In this document: piece by piece, positions 1 through 12,419 of the stretch | Layout: every line of letters begins with the position of its first letter | How positions within the stretch are numbered: the first letter of the stretch is position 1 | NCBI RefSeq assembly: GCF_030028105.1 | Contig: NC_092376.1 | Location: forward strand, 42,084,935-42,148,934 | DNA: 64,000 nt | Source: Mobula birostris | Taxonomy: Eukaryota | Direction of reading: 5' to 3' | The notes under the pieces: generated by a model | Told to the model about the DNA's origin: nothing | The model's input: the letters and a program-made list of their open reading frames with translations, nothing else | Database searches by the model: none | Program-made: the position numbers and the translations under genes

Positions 1-394
1 GAAGCTGCTTGAGCTATTGAGTGTTTCCAGCATTTTATTTTTGCTTTAAGTATCATGTTGCTGATTGTGTAAATGATTTTTAGGCTTTCTAGACTCCAGT
101 AAATACGTAAGGATGCCCCAAGGCTGACAAACTTATTTTGTATCACTAGGTGTACACACAAAGCATAATAACTTTAGAGGGCCAGCAGGAATATACTATT
201 GAGATAGAGGATCAGCTATCAATGTAACAACGAGGAAGGCCTGAAGGGTCAAATATCATACTCCTGATCTACCTTTTCATCCTAAGGTAGTAAAAGGCAG
301 CATATGAACACAATAGTCTACACACGATTAAACTGGTTTACTATAAAATTTTGTTCAATAACTTTCTGCAGAGGCTTTTGGGTTGATTCACTGA

Positions 395-790
395 GTTAAG
401 GGAGCTAGGGCTTTACTCTTTGGAGAGGACGAGGGTGAGAGGAGACATGATAGAGGTATACAAGTTATTAAGAGGAATAGATAGAATGGACAGCCAGCGC
501 CTCTTCCCCAGGGCACCACTGCTCAATACAAGAGGATATGGCTTTAAGGTAAGGGGTGGGAAGTTCAAGGAGTATATTAGAAGAAGGTTTTTTACTCAGA
601 GGGTGGTTGGTGCCTGGAATACACTTCCTGAGTCAGTGGTGGAGGCAGATACACGAGTTAAACTTAAGCGACTACAAGACAGGTATATGGAGGAATTTAA
701 GGTGGGGGGTTATATGGGAGGCAGGGTTTAAGGGTCGGCACAACATTGTGGGCCAAAGGGCCTGTACTGTGCTGTACTATTCTATGTTCT
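395..790 (+). mobile_element. CR1 (HER1-like) LINE, 5'-truncated 3' end
   Basis: ORF 420-731 (RGDMIEVYK...FFTQRVVGAWN.LP) is the CR1 ORF2 C-terminus; ends in a TTCTATGTTCT-type tail; closely similar to the reverse-strand copy at about 50905-51300. Confidence 0.9.
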
Positions 791-1482
791 GAAGAACTGC
801 AATTGACTTACCTTATTCTAGCAAAACCAACTCCCAACTCATTGTGCTAACATAAATTAACTACCCCAGTTTCTTTTGCCAAGAAATCTCTTGGTTTGCC
901 TACAAAGTTGCCATCTCCGTGGACCCAGGTACAGACCTTCAGGAGGAGGGTGACTAGTTTCAATGACAGAGTGGTTTCAATGAGGGAACAGTTCTGGGCA
1001 ACGCACCGCCAGGTCAAACGGTGCCATTGCCCAGAACTGATCAACCTCTCGCCATGGCACAAAGGAAGATACCACACGTCCACTTTGGCTGGACTTTATT
1101 CCAAGTTTCAGGGTGAAAAGGCTGTGGTTTCTCAATCCCATAATGGGAATTTAAAATAATCTAAAATTAACACAAACCACACAAGGTGTTTAACGTTAAA
1201 TAGAAATACAAATAGGATAAGGAATGCAGATTTTTTATCCCTGGGTTACTAAGCACGAAAACACAAATCGTTTTAGTAGTAAAACAAGTTATCCAGGAGC
1301 AAAAAATTAATTGCCTTTCCATCCATCCGCTGAGATTGAGCAGCTGAGTTAATTCAGCCAATGCAAATTCCTAGGTGATAACTGATATAAGCAAAATACG
1401 TTTCTTTCTTTCGACAAAATGTTAATCGACAATTACAAATCTATCTCTCGATCAGTGTCGTCCCCGTAGAAACGTGCCTTAC

Positions 1483-1603
1483 CTGTTTTCCCAACAGTGC
1501 TCGATCCCAAAACCGCGATCTTGGTGTCCCTGTGCGTTACATTGTCGCCTGATTCCGGTATTGGGACCAATAATAAGTTAGTCGACATATTATGGAAACG
1601 CAT
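1483..1603 (-). CDS. rasl11a: RAS-like family 11 member A, coding exon 1 (remaining exons not found; presumably left of the window)
   Basis: Manual translation MRFHNMSTNLLLVPIPESGDNVTHRDTKIAVLGSSTVGKT: RASL11-type LLxPIPES N-terminus plus GxxxxGKT P-loop; 121 nt ending at a phase-1 GTAAG donor (1482-1478); position next to rpl21 favours rasl11a over rasl11b. Confidence 0.9.
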
Positions 1604-2085
1604 CAGTCCTCTCCAGTGGGAAATCGACTCGATGAAAGTTCACGCAGCCAACACGACTAAACAAAGAAGTAATGTCTTCTTGGAAAAAATCTGCAGAACA
1701 GATCTGCTGCTACCTCATATATTGAGACTTGTGGCTGAGCGTCCTCCCACAGCTTCCATAAACCAATAGAGTTCCTCTGACGAACACAAGAACGTAAATA
1801 CACTGAATACGTCCACGCGCACAAAATGCCCATTGTGCGCGCACTGAGGTAAAAGGAACAAGAAACGGAACACGCCGACAATAGCACTGTATGACAGTCC
1901 TGCACTTTCCCACCCTGGTTTATTTTCAACAACATTCCCCTCGCTCACCGAATATCCGAGATGAGCAAAAACCGATCAAGGCCAAGACTTACTGACCAGG
2001 TCAGGATAGGGCAGTTCTGATCCGGATCCAGAGAAACGCGGCACAGTCCAAGTATCCAGTCCAGATACATCTATATATAGAATAA
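1604..2085 (-). promoter_or_regulatory. rasl11a 5'UTR / proximal promoter
   Basis: CpG-retaining unique sequence upstream of the ATG; palindromic TATA-like CTATATATAG at 2071-2080; TSS not determinable from sequence. Confidence 0.5.
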
Positions 2086-2194
2086 CAACTGAAAGTTTTG
2101 CAAATATTGAGCAGATCACACAGCATCATGCTTTTTCATAAGTGAACCTGAAAGATTAATTTTAAAATCTCCATTGGTAAAGTTTTATTTGTTT

Positions 2195-2805
2195 GATGGC
2201 ATGTCCGACACGTCAGTCCATGGTCTCTTTACTGCCGGGATGAGACCACACACAAGTTGGAGGAGTAACACCTTATATTCTGTTTGGGTAGCCTCCAACT
2301 TGATGGCATGAACATCGATTTACCGAATTGCCACCCCACCCTCACCATTCCCATTTCCTCCCTCACCTTATTCCCTTTACCTGCCCATCGCCTCCTTCTG
2401 GTGCTCTCCCCTTTCCTGCTCCTGCCCTTCCCTTTCTTCCTTGGCCTTCTGGCCTCGCCTATCAGATTCCCCCTTCTCCAGTCCTTTAGCTCTTTCACCA
2501 ATCAACTTCCCAGCCCTTTCCTTCACCCCTCCCCCTCCCCCGATTTCACCTTTCACCTACCGTCTGTACTTCTTCCTCCCCTCCTCCCACCTTCTTACTC
2601 TGACCTCTCATCTTTTTTTCTTCCTCCCCTCCTCCCACCTCCTTACTCTGACCTCTCATCTTTTTCCAGACCCGATGAAGGGTCTCGCCCCGAAACATCA
2701 GCAATTTACTCTTTTCCATTGATGCTGCCTGGCCTGCTGAGTTCCTCCAGCATTTTGTGTGTGTTAATTTGATTTCCAACATCTGCAAGATTTTCTCTTG
2801 TTTCT
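2195..2805 (+). mobile_element. Penelope-like element 3' fragment (GIY-YIG C-terminus + pseudo-LTR with degenerate hammerhead)
   Basis: LGSLQLDGMNID remnant; pyrimidine-rich linker with an approx. 49-bp tandem duplication (about 2569-2666); CCGATGAAGGGTCTCGCCCCGAAACATC at about 2672-2699; shared pLTR tail GATGCTGCCTGGCCTGCTGAGTTCCTCCAGCA. Confidence 0.85.
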
Positions 2806-2954
2806 GCTTTATTTGTTGAGTGTGTCATTTTTATATTAGATTTCCAGCACCTTTAGTCTTTTTAAATACCCCGTAAAGGATGGATCATGGTTCAAATCCA
2901 CTCAGGTCAGACTCGCACAGTCGGATCCAGGTAACTGAGGCCTCTGATTTAGGT

Positions 2955-3274
2955 GGAGTGATTGATAAGTTCGTGGCCTAAGATAGAAGGGGTCAATTTT
3001 AGAAAACCTAGCACATTTATTTTTCAACATAGTCCCCTCCTAAATTTACATACTTAGTCCAGCGGTCGTGGAACATACGGACCTTGGACCTCCAGAAAGT
3101 GCCCACAGCAGAGGTGATTGATAAGATTGTGGCCTAAGGTAGAAGCAGATAAGTTATACAGCTCTCGTTACATGCACATGCAGGTCAACCCTTTGAGTGA
3201 TCATGCAGAAAGTTTGAAGTTAATAACTCATCTCCTTCTACCTTAGGCCACGAACATATCGATCACCCCTTGTA
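2955..3274. mobile_element. Mariner-type MITE
   Basis: Inverted ends GTGATTGATAAGTTCGTGGCCTAAGATAGAAGG / CCTTCTACCTTAGGCCACGAACATATCGATCAC, ending in TA; internal copy of the TIR motif at about 3113-3145; non-coding. Confidence 0.75.
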
Positions 3275-3489
3275 GTGTTCCCCACTCTTGATGTGGTCAA
3301 AAATAGAATTATTACTTCATGTCTTAGAACTGCAGCATTTTCCTCTTCCAAAGATGCTGACTGACTTGTTGTGTTTTCAGCACAACATTTTTATTTCATG
3401 GTTACAGCATCTGGAGTTTTTTTTTATTTTCATGACACATTCTCAACTAGAGGATAGATCAGTGTTGTGTCTAGGTGGAGCACCCAATC

Positions 3490-3680
3490 CAGTTAAGGAG
3501 TGGCAGGGCAGTCTGATCCAGAGCAGCCCTGTCTAGGTGAGGAGGGGGCAAGGGAGGGCAGTCTGATCCAGGGAAGATTTTTGCAGATGGAAAGTAGGAC
3601 AGAACAGTGCCATCCAGGTAAAGGAAGGCAGGTGAGGGGAGTCTGATGCAGGTGAGGATGGGGTAGGACAGGGCTTTAGT
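3490..3680 (+). repeat. Degenerate purine-rich minisatellite
   Basis: Recurring GGGCAGTCTGATCCAG and AGGTGAGG units. Confidence 0.5.
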
Positions 3681-4496
3681 ACAATCAGCTTGTATTATAA
3701 AATAAATACAAAACTAGGATTTAAATGGGAAGTAAGGGTTCAGTGACATTATTTGGATAAGACCAACTATAGAATATAGAATTGGGTACAAAAATTACTT
3801 CTGAGTGGGCAGATATAAAAAATCACTAAATATTGTGTAGTTATTAAACTATGGTGATTCACTGACTGTGGATCTACAAAACCAAGTTTCACAAACATAA
3901 AATCACAAAATAACAAGAATCCAATCGGAGCATTTATACTGTGTGCTGCATTGTTCAAATTGACAGTTAACACCCACCAGTTTAATTTCACTGATAACAT
4001 TTGGGTTACATTGTCTATTAAACTGTCAATGGCTTCTGCATCAGCATTGTGCACAGTATGTATGGATGAGCACAATGTTTATTTCATTTTTATTTCTGTT
4101 TCGTCATGATGCAAAAATCACTGGGTCTACATTCACTTTTATTCTTTAAGGATTGTTTTATGGTTAGCTGGAGAAAAGATTAGCAGAAACTACAGTGCTT
4201 AGGTAACTAATTCAGATGCTTATGAGACTGGAACGGAGCACAACCAGCCAACCATTAAAAGCTTTACATAACAACCTGATCCTTGTTTTACTTCCCCTAA
4301 CCTAAAGCACTGGTTATTAATCAGGAGTGTGAGCTGTAACCCTGGTTATAATCACCTAATACCCTGGAGACTTTGATAGGAAGGTGATGCAGAGTCCATG
4401 TTCGGATGGAGCAGCTATGATCTGATTGAATGGCAGAGCAGGCTCAATGGGTTAGATGGACGACTCCTGATCCCGACTTCTTATACTTCTTATTGC

Positions 4497-6250
4497 TGAA
4501 TTGAATTGAACTGAATCGACTTCATTTCTTACATCCTTTACGTACATGAGAAGTAAAAATCCTTACATTGCATCTCCGTCTAAATGAGCCATGTGCAATC
4601 TTAGGAATTTACAATAATTTATAATGAATAGAACAGTCAATGTAACATAGAAATACACTCAAATCGAGTGTGAGTTAATCAGTCTGATGGCCTAGTGGAA
4701 GAAGCTGTCCTGGACCCTATTGGTCCTGGCTTTTACGCTACGGTACTGTTTCCCGGATGGTAGCAGCTGGAGCAGTTTGTGGTTGGGATGACTTAGGTCC
4801 CCAGTGATCCTTTGGGCCCTTTTCACACACCTGTCTTTGTAAATGTCCTGAATAGTAGGAAGTTCACAATTACAGATACGCTGGGCTGTCTGCACCACTC
4901 TCTGCAGAGTCCTGCGATTAAGGGAGGTACAGTTCCCATATCAGGCAGTGATGCAGCCAGTCAGGATGCTCTCAGTTGTGCCCCTGTAGAAAGTTCTTAG
5001 GATTTGGGGGCCCATACCAAACTTCCTCAACCATCTGAGGTGTAAGAGGCAGTGTTGTGTGCACAGACCACGTGAGATCCTCGATGATGTGGATGCCGAA
5101 GAACATGAAGCTGTTTACCCTCTCAACCCCAGATCCATTGATATCAATCTCCATTCCTCCTGTAATCCACAACCAGCTCCTTTGACACTGAGGGAGGGGT
5201 TGTTTTTTTGACACCACTGTGTCAGAGAGAAGAATTCTTCCCTGTAGGCCACCTCGTTATTGTTTGAGATAAGGCCAATCAATGTAGTGTCATCAGCAAA
5301 TTTAATTAGCAGATTGGAGCTCTGGGTGGCAACACAGTCATGGGTATACAGGGAGTAAAGGAGGGGACTTAGTACACAGTCCTGTGTGGCTCCTGTGTTG
5401 AGAGTCAGAGGGGTGGAGGTGAGGGAGCCCTCTCTTACCACCTGCCAGTGATGTGACAGGAAGTCCAGGATCCAGCTACTCAAGGCAGAGTCAAGGCCAA
5501 GGTCTCTGAGCTTCCAGTTGAGCCTGGATGGAATTATGGTGTTGAATGCTGAACTGTAGTCCAAGAACAGCATTCTCACATAAGCATCCTTCTCCAGATG
5601 TGTAAGGACAGTATGTAGAGCTGTGGCTATTGTGTCTGCCGATCAGTTGTGTCGGTGGGTGAATTGTAGGGGGTCCAGTGTGGGTGGTAGTAAGCTGCAG
5701 ATGTACTCCTTGACCAGCCTCTCGAAGCAGTTGCTTATTATTGAGGTATGACAGGACGCCAGTCATTCAGGCATGTTACACCTTGGTCTTTTTTGGTACA
5801 GGGACAATGGTGGATAATTCGAAGCAGGAGGGCAGGTTGTAGCAGTGGCTTTCCTCGGAGGCTCAGAGTTAGCAACATTGAACCAAGTGTAAAAGCGATT
5901 GAGCTCATCTAGGAGAGAGGCCACGATGTTGGCGGCACCACTATGTTTGGCTTTGAAGTCGCAATGGTGTGCAACCCTTGCCACATGTCACGTGTGCTAT
6001 TCGTTGTGAATCTTGACTCAATCTTGTCTCTGTATTGCATTTTGCAGCCTTGAGAGCTTTGCGCAGATCATAGCTGCTTTTCTTGAGCTCCAGCTGCTTG
6101 CTGTCAATGTAAGCTCTATGTCGTGCGGTAAGTGCTGCTCACACAGAACTATTGATCCAGGGTTTCTGGTTCGGGAAGACCCTGGCCAATTTCTGGGGGA
6201 AAACATCATCGATGCACTTCTAGATGAAGCACGTGACTCCATCCATCTAA
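4497..6250 (-). mobile_element. Rex1/Babar LINE, degraded RT and 3' end
   Basis: ORFs 5115-5579 ([43 protein letters not shown]) and 4692-4898; (ATTCA)n tail near 4500. Confidence 0.9.
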
Positions 6251-6504
6251 CTCCCCCTGGTTAGCCTCTTGCCCCTGATATATGTATACAATGTCTTGGG
6301 ATTTGCTTTAATCCTTCTTGCCAAGGACATTCATTGCTTTCCTAATTCCCTTCTTGAGTTCTTTTCTGGTTTGTTTATTTTCCTCAAGGGCTCTGTTTAA
6401 TTCTAGCTTCCAAAACTTACCATATTTAACTAAATTCATCACCTCTCTCAATATCCAAAGTTCTCTTGTTTTGTCATCCTTGCCCTTGCTTCTGACTGGA
6501 ACAG

Positions 6505-8820
6505 TTACTGACTTATGCTGCTGGTGATTAGGGCAGCAATGAAAGTAATCCTTCTCTGTCTATCCTTGGTCACCTTCTCTATTGTGCAACAGGTGTGGTT
6601 CAGGGTCCTTATTTCTGCCTCCACTGTACGGCGCCAAGTTGGCTTTGGTGTTCCTCATTTCTTGCGCCCTTCAGGGGTCCAATGACGTGCTGCCTTGATG
6701 ACAGAGTTGGCCTCTTCTCATCACATGTCCAGTCCACCTCTGTTTCCTCCTGATGATTGTGGCCATATCCTCTTGGTGACACTGAAGGAGTAGGGTGTGA
6801 TTGGAGATCTTTCTTGGCCAGAAAATACGGAGGATCTTCTGAAGGCTCATGGTGTGGAATGACGACAGCTTGGCAAGTTCATTCTCTGTCACATGCCAGC
6901 ATTCTGACACACACAAGAGTGTCGACAGAACACAGCTCTGGTACAGCTTCATCTTGGTATGGACGGTGTACTTGGTTGATTCCTATATGTTGCACATTGA
7001 TCTGAAGAATTTTTAGCTTTGCTGAGCCTACACTGGATGTCATCCTTGGTCTCACTATCCTGCCGAATGATGCACCCAAGTAGATGAATTTGCTGGTGCT
7101 GGGTAAGTTGATGCTATGTTCCTTGATGGCAGGAGACTCAGCACTGAGGGTCATGGTCTCAGTCTTTCCCTGGCTGACTTTGAACCCACCCTGTCCACCA
7201 AAGGTACACAGGCACTGAGTTTTCTCTTGCATGTGCTGATATGTATGTAATAGTAGTGTAAGGTCGTCCGCAAAGTCACGGTCTACTAAAGTAGTGAATA
7301 GAGTCCACCTAATATCTCTCGGTTTACCTTTTGTTAACCCAGTCAATCACCAGGTTAAATAATATCACTGACATCACACTGCCTTGCCTGACTCCAGTCT
7401 TGACTTCAAAGCTCAGACTGCAGTCCCCAACTGTGCAGGTGAAGTTAGCGTAGAAACTTTGGATAAGCTGGACAATTTTGGAAGGGATTCTGTATGACCC
7501 GAGAAGTCGCCAGAGGGTCTCCCTGTGGATGCTATCAAAAGCCTTTTCAAAGTCCATGAAATTCACATGCAGCATCTCTGCCATTCTTGCACTGTTCTAT
7601 AATGTTACGCCACATGAAGATCTGGTCAACACAGGCTCTGTTTCTCCTGAAGCCAACTTGCTGCTTCCTCAAATACACATCGACAGCATCTGTAATCCAT
7701 TGGACAATGCCTTTGGTGAGAATCTTGCTGGGCACTGACAAAAGTGTGATGTCACCCCAGATGTTGCAATCACTTGGCACTTCCTTCTTCAGAATCCAAA
7801 CAGCAACTCCCTTTGTCCAGATCTTGGGTACTTGTCCCTGTTCCCAGATTAAAGTAAACAGTGGTTGCAGAATGGCTGCTGCAACTTTTGGTATAGCTTT
7901 GAAGAGTTTGGCATTCAAATTGTCACGTCTTGGAGCTCTGCTGTTCTTCAATGATTTAACCGCAGCAAAAATCTCCTTTTTCTTGGGTGGATCTGTGTTT
8001 ATGTCAAGATCCTCTGCTGCCTCTTGTTTGTCAGTTTCTTCATTTGGTGGTGATCTATTTAGTAATTTTCTGAAATACTCCATCCATCATGCTTCTTGCT
8101 CTTACTCAGTTGGCAAAAGCAAACTGTTCTTACCTCTCATGGGACCACTGGATCTGGTCGGGAACTTTCTACATACCAATTTTGAAATCTTGTATATACA
8201 GTATTTCCCTGATCTCCTCGATTGGCTGCTTTGGCCTCCTCTACAATGTCTTCCATGTAGACTCCCTTATCCTTTCTTACAAGTTTCTTCATTTTCTTAT
8301 TAGCTTCAGTTTATGCTTTTGGAGTTCCTCCTTAATTTGTGTTGACTTTGCATCTAACACTTCCTTCTTTTTTTTATCTTTCTTCTAAGGCTGTCCATGT
8401 TTCTTGCTGTATTCATTCTTTGGTCTTCTTTCCAGCTCTGTATCTTAGGCAAGCCTTGCTGCTCTCCTTGAAGACTGAGGCAATCCGTTTCCACATTGTG
8501 TCAATCCTGTCTACTGACATGTTCACGTCAAGGTCTTGCAAGGCCTGGAATCTGTTCTTAAGCAGAATGGTGTAGGCAGATCTCACACTAGTCTCCTTGA
8601 GCTTTACAACTTCAAAATGTCTTTGTACATGTGTTCTGGTCCCAGTGCTCCTCAGCTCAAGTTTCATCACAGCTCTAACAAGATGGTGATCACTTCCTAT
8701 ATCTGCTTCTCTCTTCATCTTTATATCCTGCAAGGATCAACTCCAAATACCATTGATCATTAAATGGTCAATCTGGTTCTTGTCATGTCCATTGGGTAGC
8801 ACCATATCAGCTTCTGGATT
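6505..8820 (-). mobile_element. RTE-clade LINE, 3' part (RT and part of endonuclease), frameshifted
   Basis: ORFs 7547-8083, 7324-7584 (DFEKAFDSIHRETLW, GVRQG), 6879-7346 (DFADD), 8413-8733 (ADIGSDHHLV). Confidence 0.9.
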
Positions 8821-10074
8821 TCATGCTGTGGAAAGGACTGCTAACATTGCATTTAGCTTCCTCGCCACAGACTCAACCTGAAAATTAACCATTAAGGAAT
8901 CCTGCACTAGGACTCCCAAGTTCCTTAGCACCTCAGATTTTTTAAATTTCTCTCCATTTACAAAAGAGTCTACCCCTTTATTTCTTCCACCAAAGTGCAT
9001 TACCATACACTTCCCAACACTGTATTACATCTGCACCTTCTTTGCCTATTGTCCTAATCTGTCTAAGTCCTTCTGTAGTCTCTCTACTTCCTCAAAACTA
9101 CCTGCCCTTCCACCTATCTTTATATTATCTGCAAACTTTGCAACAAAGCCATCAATTCCGTCATCCAAGTCATTGACATGTAGCGTAAAAGAAGTGGTCC
9201 CAACACAGACCCCTGTAGAACACCATTAATCACTGGAAGCCAAACAGAAAAGGCTCCTTTTATTCCCAATCTTTGCTTCCTGCCAACCAGTCACTACTTT
9301 ATAGTATCTTTCCTATAACACCATGGGCTCTTAACTTGTGAGGCAGCCTCATGCGTGGCACCTTGTCAAAGACCTTCTGAAAATCCAAGTACACAACATC
9401 AACCAATTCTTCTTTATCTATTCTGCTTGTTATTTCTTCAAAGAATTCCAACAGATTTGTCAGGCAAGATTTTCCCTTGAGGAGATCATGTGCCTCCCAA
9501 GTACCCCAAAACCATATCCTTCACAATCCACTCTCAACATCTTCCCAACCACTGAGGTCAGAATAACTGGCCTATAATTTGCTTTCTTCTGCCTCTCTCC
9601 CTTCTTGAAGACTGGAGTGACATTTGCAATTTTCCAGTCTTCTGGAACCATTCCAGAATCCGGTGAATCTTGAAAGATCATTAAAAATGCCTCCACAATT
9701 TCCTCAGCCACCTCTTTCAGAACCCTGGGGTATACACCATCTGTTCCAAGTGACTTACCTGCCTTCAGACCTTTCAGTTTCCCAAGAACCTTCTCCCGAG
9801 TAATTTCAATTTCACACACTTCTGACCTCTGACACTCTTGAACTTCCACCACACCAGCAGTATGCAGGATACTTACTTTTGTTCACCATTTCCTTGTCCC
9901 CACATTATTACCTCCCCAGTATAGTTTGCCAGCGGTCTGATATCCACTCTCGCCTCTTTTACACTTAATGTATCTTAAACAACAGGAATTCTGCAGATGC
10001 TGGAAATTCAAGCAACACACATAAAAGTTGCTGGTGAACGCAGCAGGCCAGGCAGCATCTCTAGGAAAAGATGC

Positions 10075-10110
10075 AGTCGACGTTTCAGGCCGAGACCCTT
10101 CGTCAGGACT
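10075..10110 (-). ncRNA. Minimal type I hammerhead ribozyme (PLE pLTR)
   Basis: AGTC-CTGACGA-A-GGGTC-TC-GGCCT-GAAA-CGTC-GACT: stem I AGTC/GACT, intact core, palindromic ACGT stem III, GUC cleavage triplet. Confidence 0.85.
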
Positions 10111-10120
10111 TTTTTTTTAG

Positions 10121-11744
10121 AAGTGTCACGAACATAGGTCGGAAGGGATTGAACAAGGGTGGATAAAACAGTGTCGAGGTATGCAGAAATGAGTTCGGTG
10201 GGGCAGGAGCAAGGTGAGACAATAGGTCTGCCAGGACAGGCAGGTTTGTGGATCTTGGATAGGAGGTAGAAACGGGAAGTGCGGGGTGTGGGAACTATAA
10301 GGTTGGTAGCAGTGGATGGGAGATCCCCTGAGCGGATAAAGTTGGTGATGGTGTGGGAGACAATGGCCTGGTGCTCCTTAGTGGGGTCACGATCGAGGGG
10401 TAAATAAGAGGAGGTATCCGCGAGTCGTCGCTGTGCCTGGGCAAGGTAGAGGTCAGTACGCCAGACTACAACAGCACCCCCTTTATCGGCGGGTTTAATA
10501 ATGTTAGGATTAGTGCGGAGGGAGTGGAGAGCAGAGCGTTCCGAAGGAGTGATGTTGGAATGGGGACAAGGTGCGGTGAAGTCGAGACGGTTGATGTCCC
10601 GTCGGCAATTAGCGATAAAGAGATCCAGAGCAGGCAGAAGACCAGAGCGGGGTGTCCATGAAGAAGAGGAGGGTTGAAGACGGGAGAAGGGGTCATCGGT
10701 GGGGGTGGAAAAGTCCTTGCCGAAGAAGTAGGCTCGGAGACGGAGACGGCGGAAGAAGAGTTCCTCATCATGGCGAACACGGAACTCGCTGAGGTGTGGG
10801 CGATGGGGGACAAAGGTGAGGCCCTTACTGAGGACAGAGCGTTCTGCCTCCGACAGTTGAAGGTCGGAGGGGATGGTAAAGACCCGGCACGGATGAGAGC
10901 TGGGATCAGAGGGAGGAGGGGGGAGGCTGGGGGTGTCAGTGGAGAGGGGATGGTTGGGGTGAGAGGAAGTTGGAGCCTCTGAGGGCCCAGGAGCTGACGG
11001 TGGGATCTGAGGGAGACGGGGTTGCAGAGTATTGGTGGGGGAAGGGGAGACGGGAGTCACAATAGCAGCACATAAAGACCCGGCCTGGAGTTCAAGGCTG
11101 GAGTCGCAGTTGGTGGTTGCGCAATCACTTTGAATGTCTCCATGGTCGTTGCTGGAGTCCGGGTTTTGAATATGCCCTGAGGTGTTGGAGCCGGCGAGAT
11201 CAATGGCAAGTACCGCAATCTGAAGTTCATGCCTGCTAGTTTCATGGCCAGCAGGCTCTGGAGTCCGTAGATGTAGGATCTTGCGATCTTTGCCTAACAT
11301 GACAAAGTCAAAAAAACGGCGATTGCAGGCGTGAATCCGACGGAGGATGAAATAACGGGTAGGACCATTACAGACGGCGAAGAAAGTGTCCCGAAGGTGT
11401 GGAAGGGTCTGGGATAGGGACACCAAGTACCTCCTCATGGCGGAGAGAGTCGCCTTCAGAACTTGACGGGGGAAGCGGCGAGAGGCAGAGTCAATAAAAT
11501 GTGAGTACCTGGGATCCTCAGAAGGTCCAAATTGAGAGGCTTGGAAACGAATCCTAAAGCCAACTGGAGTAAGTTGGCGACGGATGCACGCTCCAAGAAA
11601 GGATATATGGCTGTGATAGCGAGTCTGAGTCAAAATGTGGTCGAAAAGTTGAAGAGCCGAAGAAATTACAGATGGGGAGCAGTGAGAGATGGTTTCACTG
11701 AACTCCCGTCGAAGAGAGGATCTAAACTTCTTCGGTGTAGGCAT
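10121..11744 (-). CDS. PLE ORF: N-terminal domain, Pro/Ser linker and first part of reverse transcriptase (truncated before the catalytic DD)
   Basis: Uninterrupted frame from ATG 11744 (MPTPKKFRSS) to ...LPTYVRDTS, then an A-run junction into the pLTR. Confidence 0.8.
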
Positions 11745-11816
11745 CACCGGAAGAGGCTTCGCAATAGTGAATTTAAACGCAAACAACAGGAATTCTGCAG
11801 ATGCTGGAAATTCAGG

Positions 11817-11995
11817 CAACACACATAAAAGTTGCTGGTGAACGCAGCAGGCCAGGCAGCATCTCTAGGAAGAGGTGTAGTCGACGTTTCAGGCCGACTA
11901 CACCCTTGGTGGTCTCGGCCTGAAACGTCGACTACACCTCTTCCTAGAGATGCTGCCTGGCCTGCTGCGTTCACCAGCAACTTTTATGTGTGTTG
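11817..11995. repeat. Perfect 81-bp inverted repeat with 17-nt spacer (fold-back pLTR)
   Basis: 11817-11897 is the reverse complement of 11915-11995. Confidence 0.9.
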
Positions 11996-12419
11996 TCATG
12001 TATCTTAAGAAACTTTTGGTATCCTCTTTAATATTATTAATTAGTTTACTTTTGTATTCTATTTTTACCTTCTTAATGGCTTCTTTAGTTGTCTTCATTT
12101 AATTTTTAAAAGCTTCCCTATCTCCTAATTTCCCAATATTTTTGCTCTATTATATACCCTCTTTGGCTTTTACTTCTCATTAGTCAGTTGTCATCTTGCC
12201 TTTCGAATACTTCTTCCTCCTTGAGATCTATACATCCTGTGGCTTCCAAATTGCTTTCAGAAATTCCAGCCATTGCTTATCTGCCATCATTCCTGTCAGC
12301 GTTTTTTCCCCCCCAATTTTGGCATTGGATGGAGCATAGCACTGGATCATTCATTTTCACTTACTTCCCTTTCAGCCTCTCATCTGCCTACTGTTGATTG
12401 TTTTCTACGCCAATAAGCA

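Larger units (their letters stand above)
9979..11997 (-). mobile_element. Young Penelope-like (probably Neptune-type) retroelement, internally truncated, with direct pLTR copies and a terminal inverted pLTR copy
   Basis: Open ORF 11822-10008 with PLE RT motifs (LSKGLTFVP, IIKPADKGGAVVV, FYLLSKIHKP..PGRPIVS); pLTR copies at about 9977-10110 and 11781-11897, inverted copy 11915-11995; TSD ATGTATCTTAA at 9968-9978 and 11998-12008. Confidence 0.92.
8821..12300 (-). mobile_element. CR1 LINE fragment inserted in the RTE and itself split by the Penelope-like insertion (host parts about 8821-9978 and 11998-12300)
   Basis: ORF 9460-9852 (VPEDWKIANVTPVFKKG...NYRPVILTSVVGK) and 8821-9006; CR1 sequence continues across the duplicated ATGTATCTTAA. 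Confidence 0.85.

Noticed and set aside
860-915. Minus-strand TKRFLG resembling rasl11a exon 2 (IVRFLTKRFIGDY)
   Set aside because: Flanking residues (WQLCRQ...KRNWG) do not match and no suitable splice sites; treated as chance
3490-3680. Spaced repeats resembling a CRISPR-like array
   Set aside because: Irregular degenerate minisatellite in a vertebrate genome; no constant repeat-spacer period
7587-8303. 238-aa plus-strand ORF (and similar ORFs at 52303-53283, 2284-2772, 55610-56003)
   Set aside because: Antisense or alternative-frame shadows of LINE ORFs and low-complexity PLE linkers
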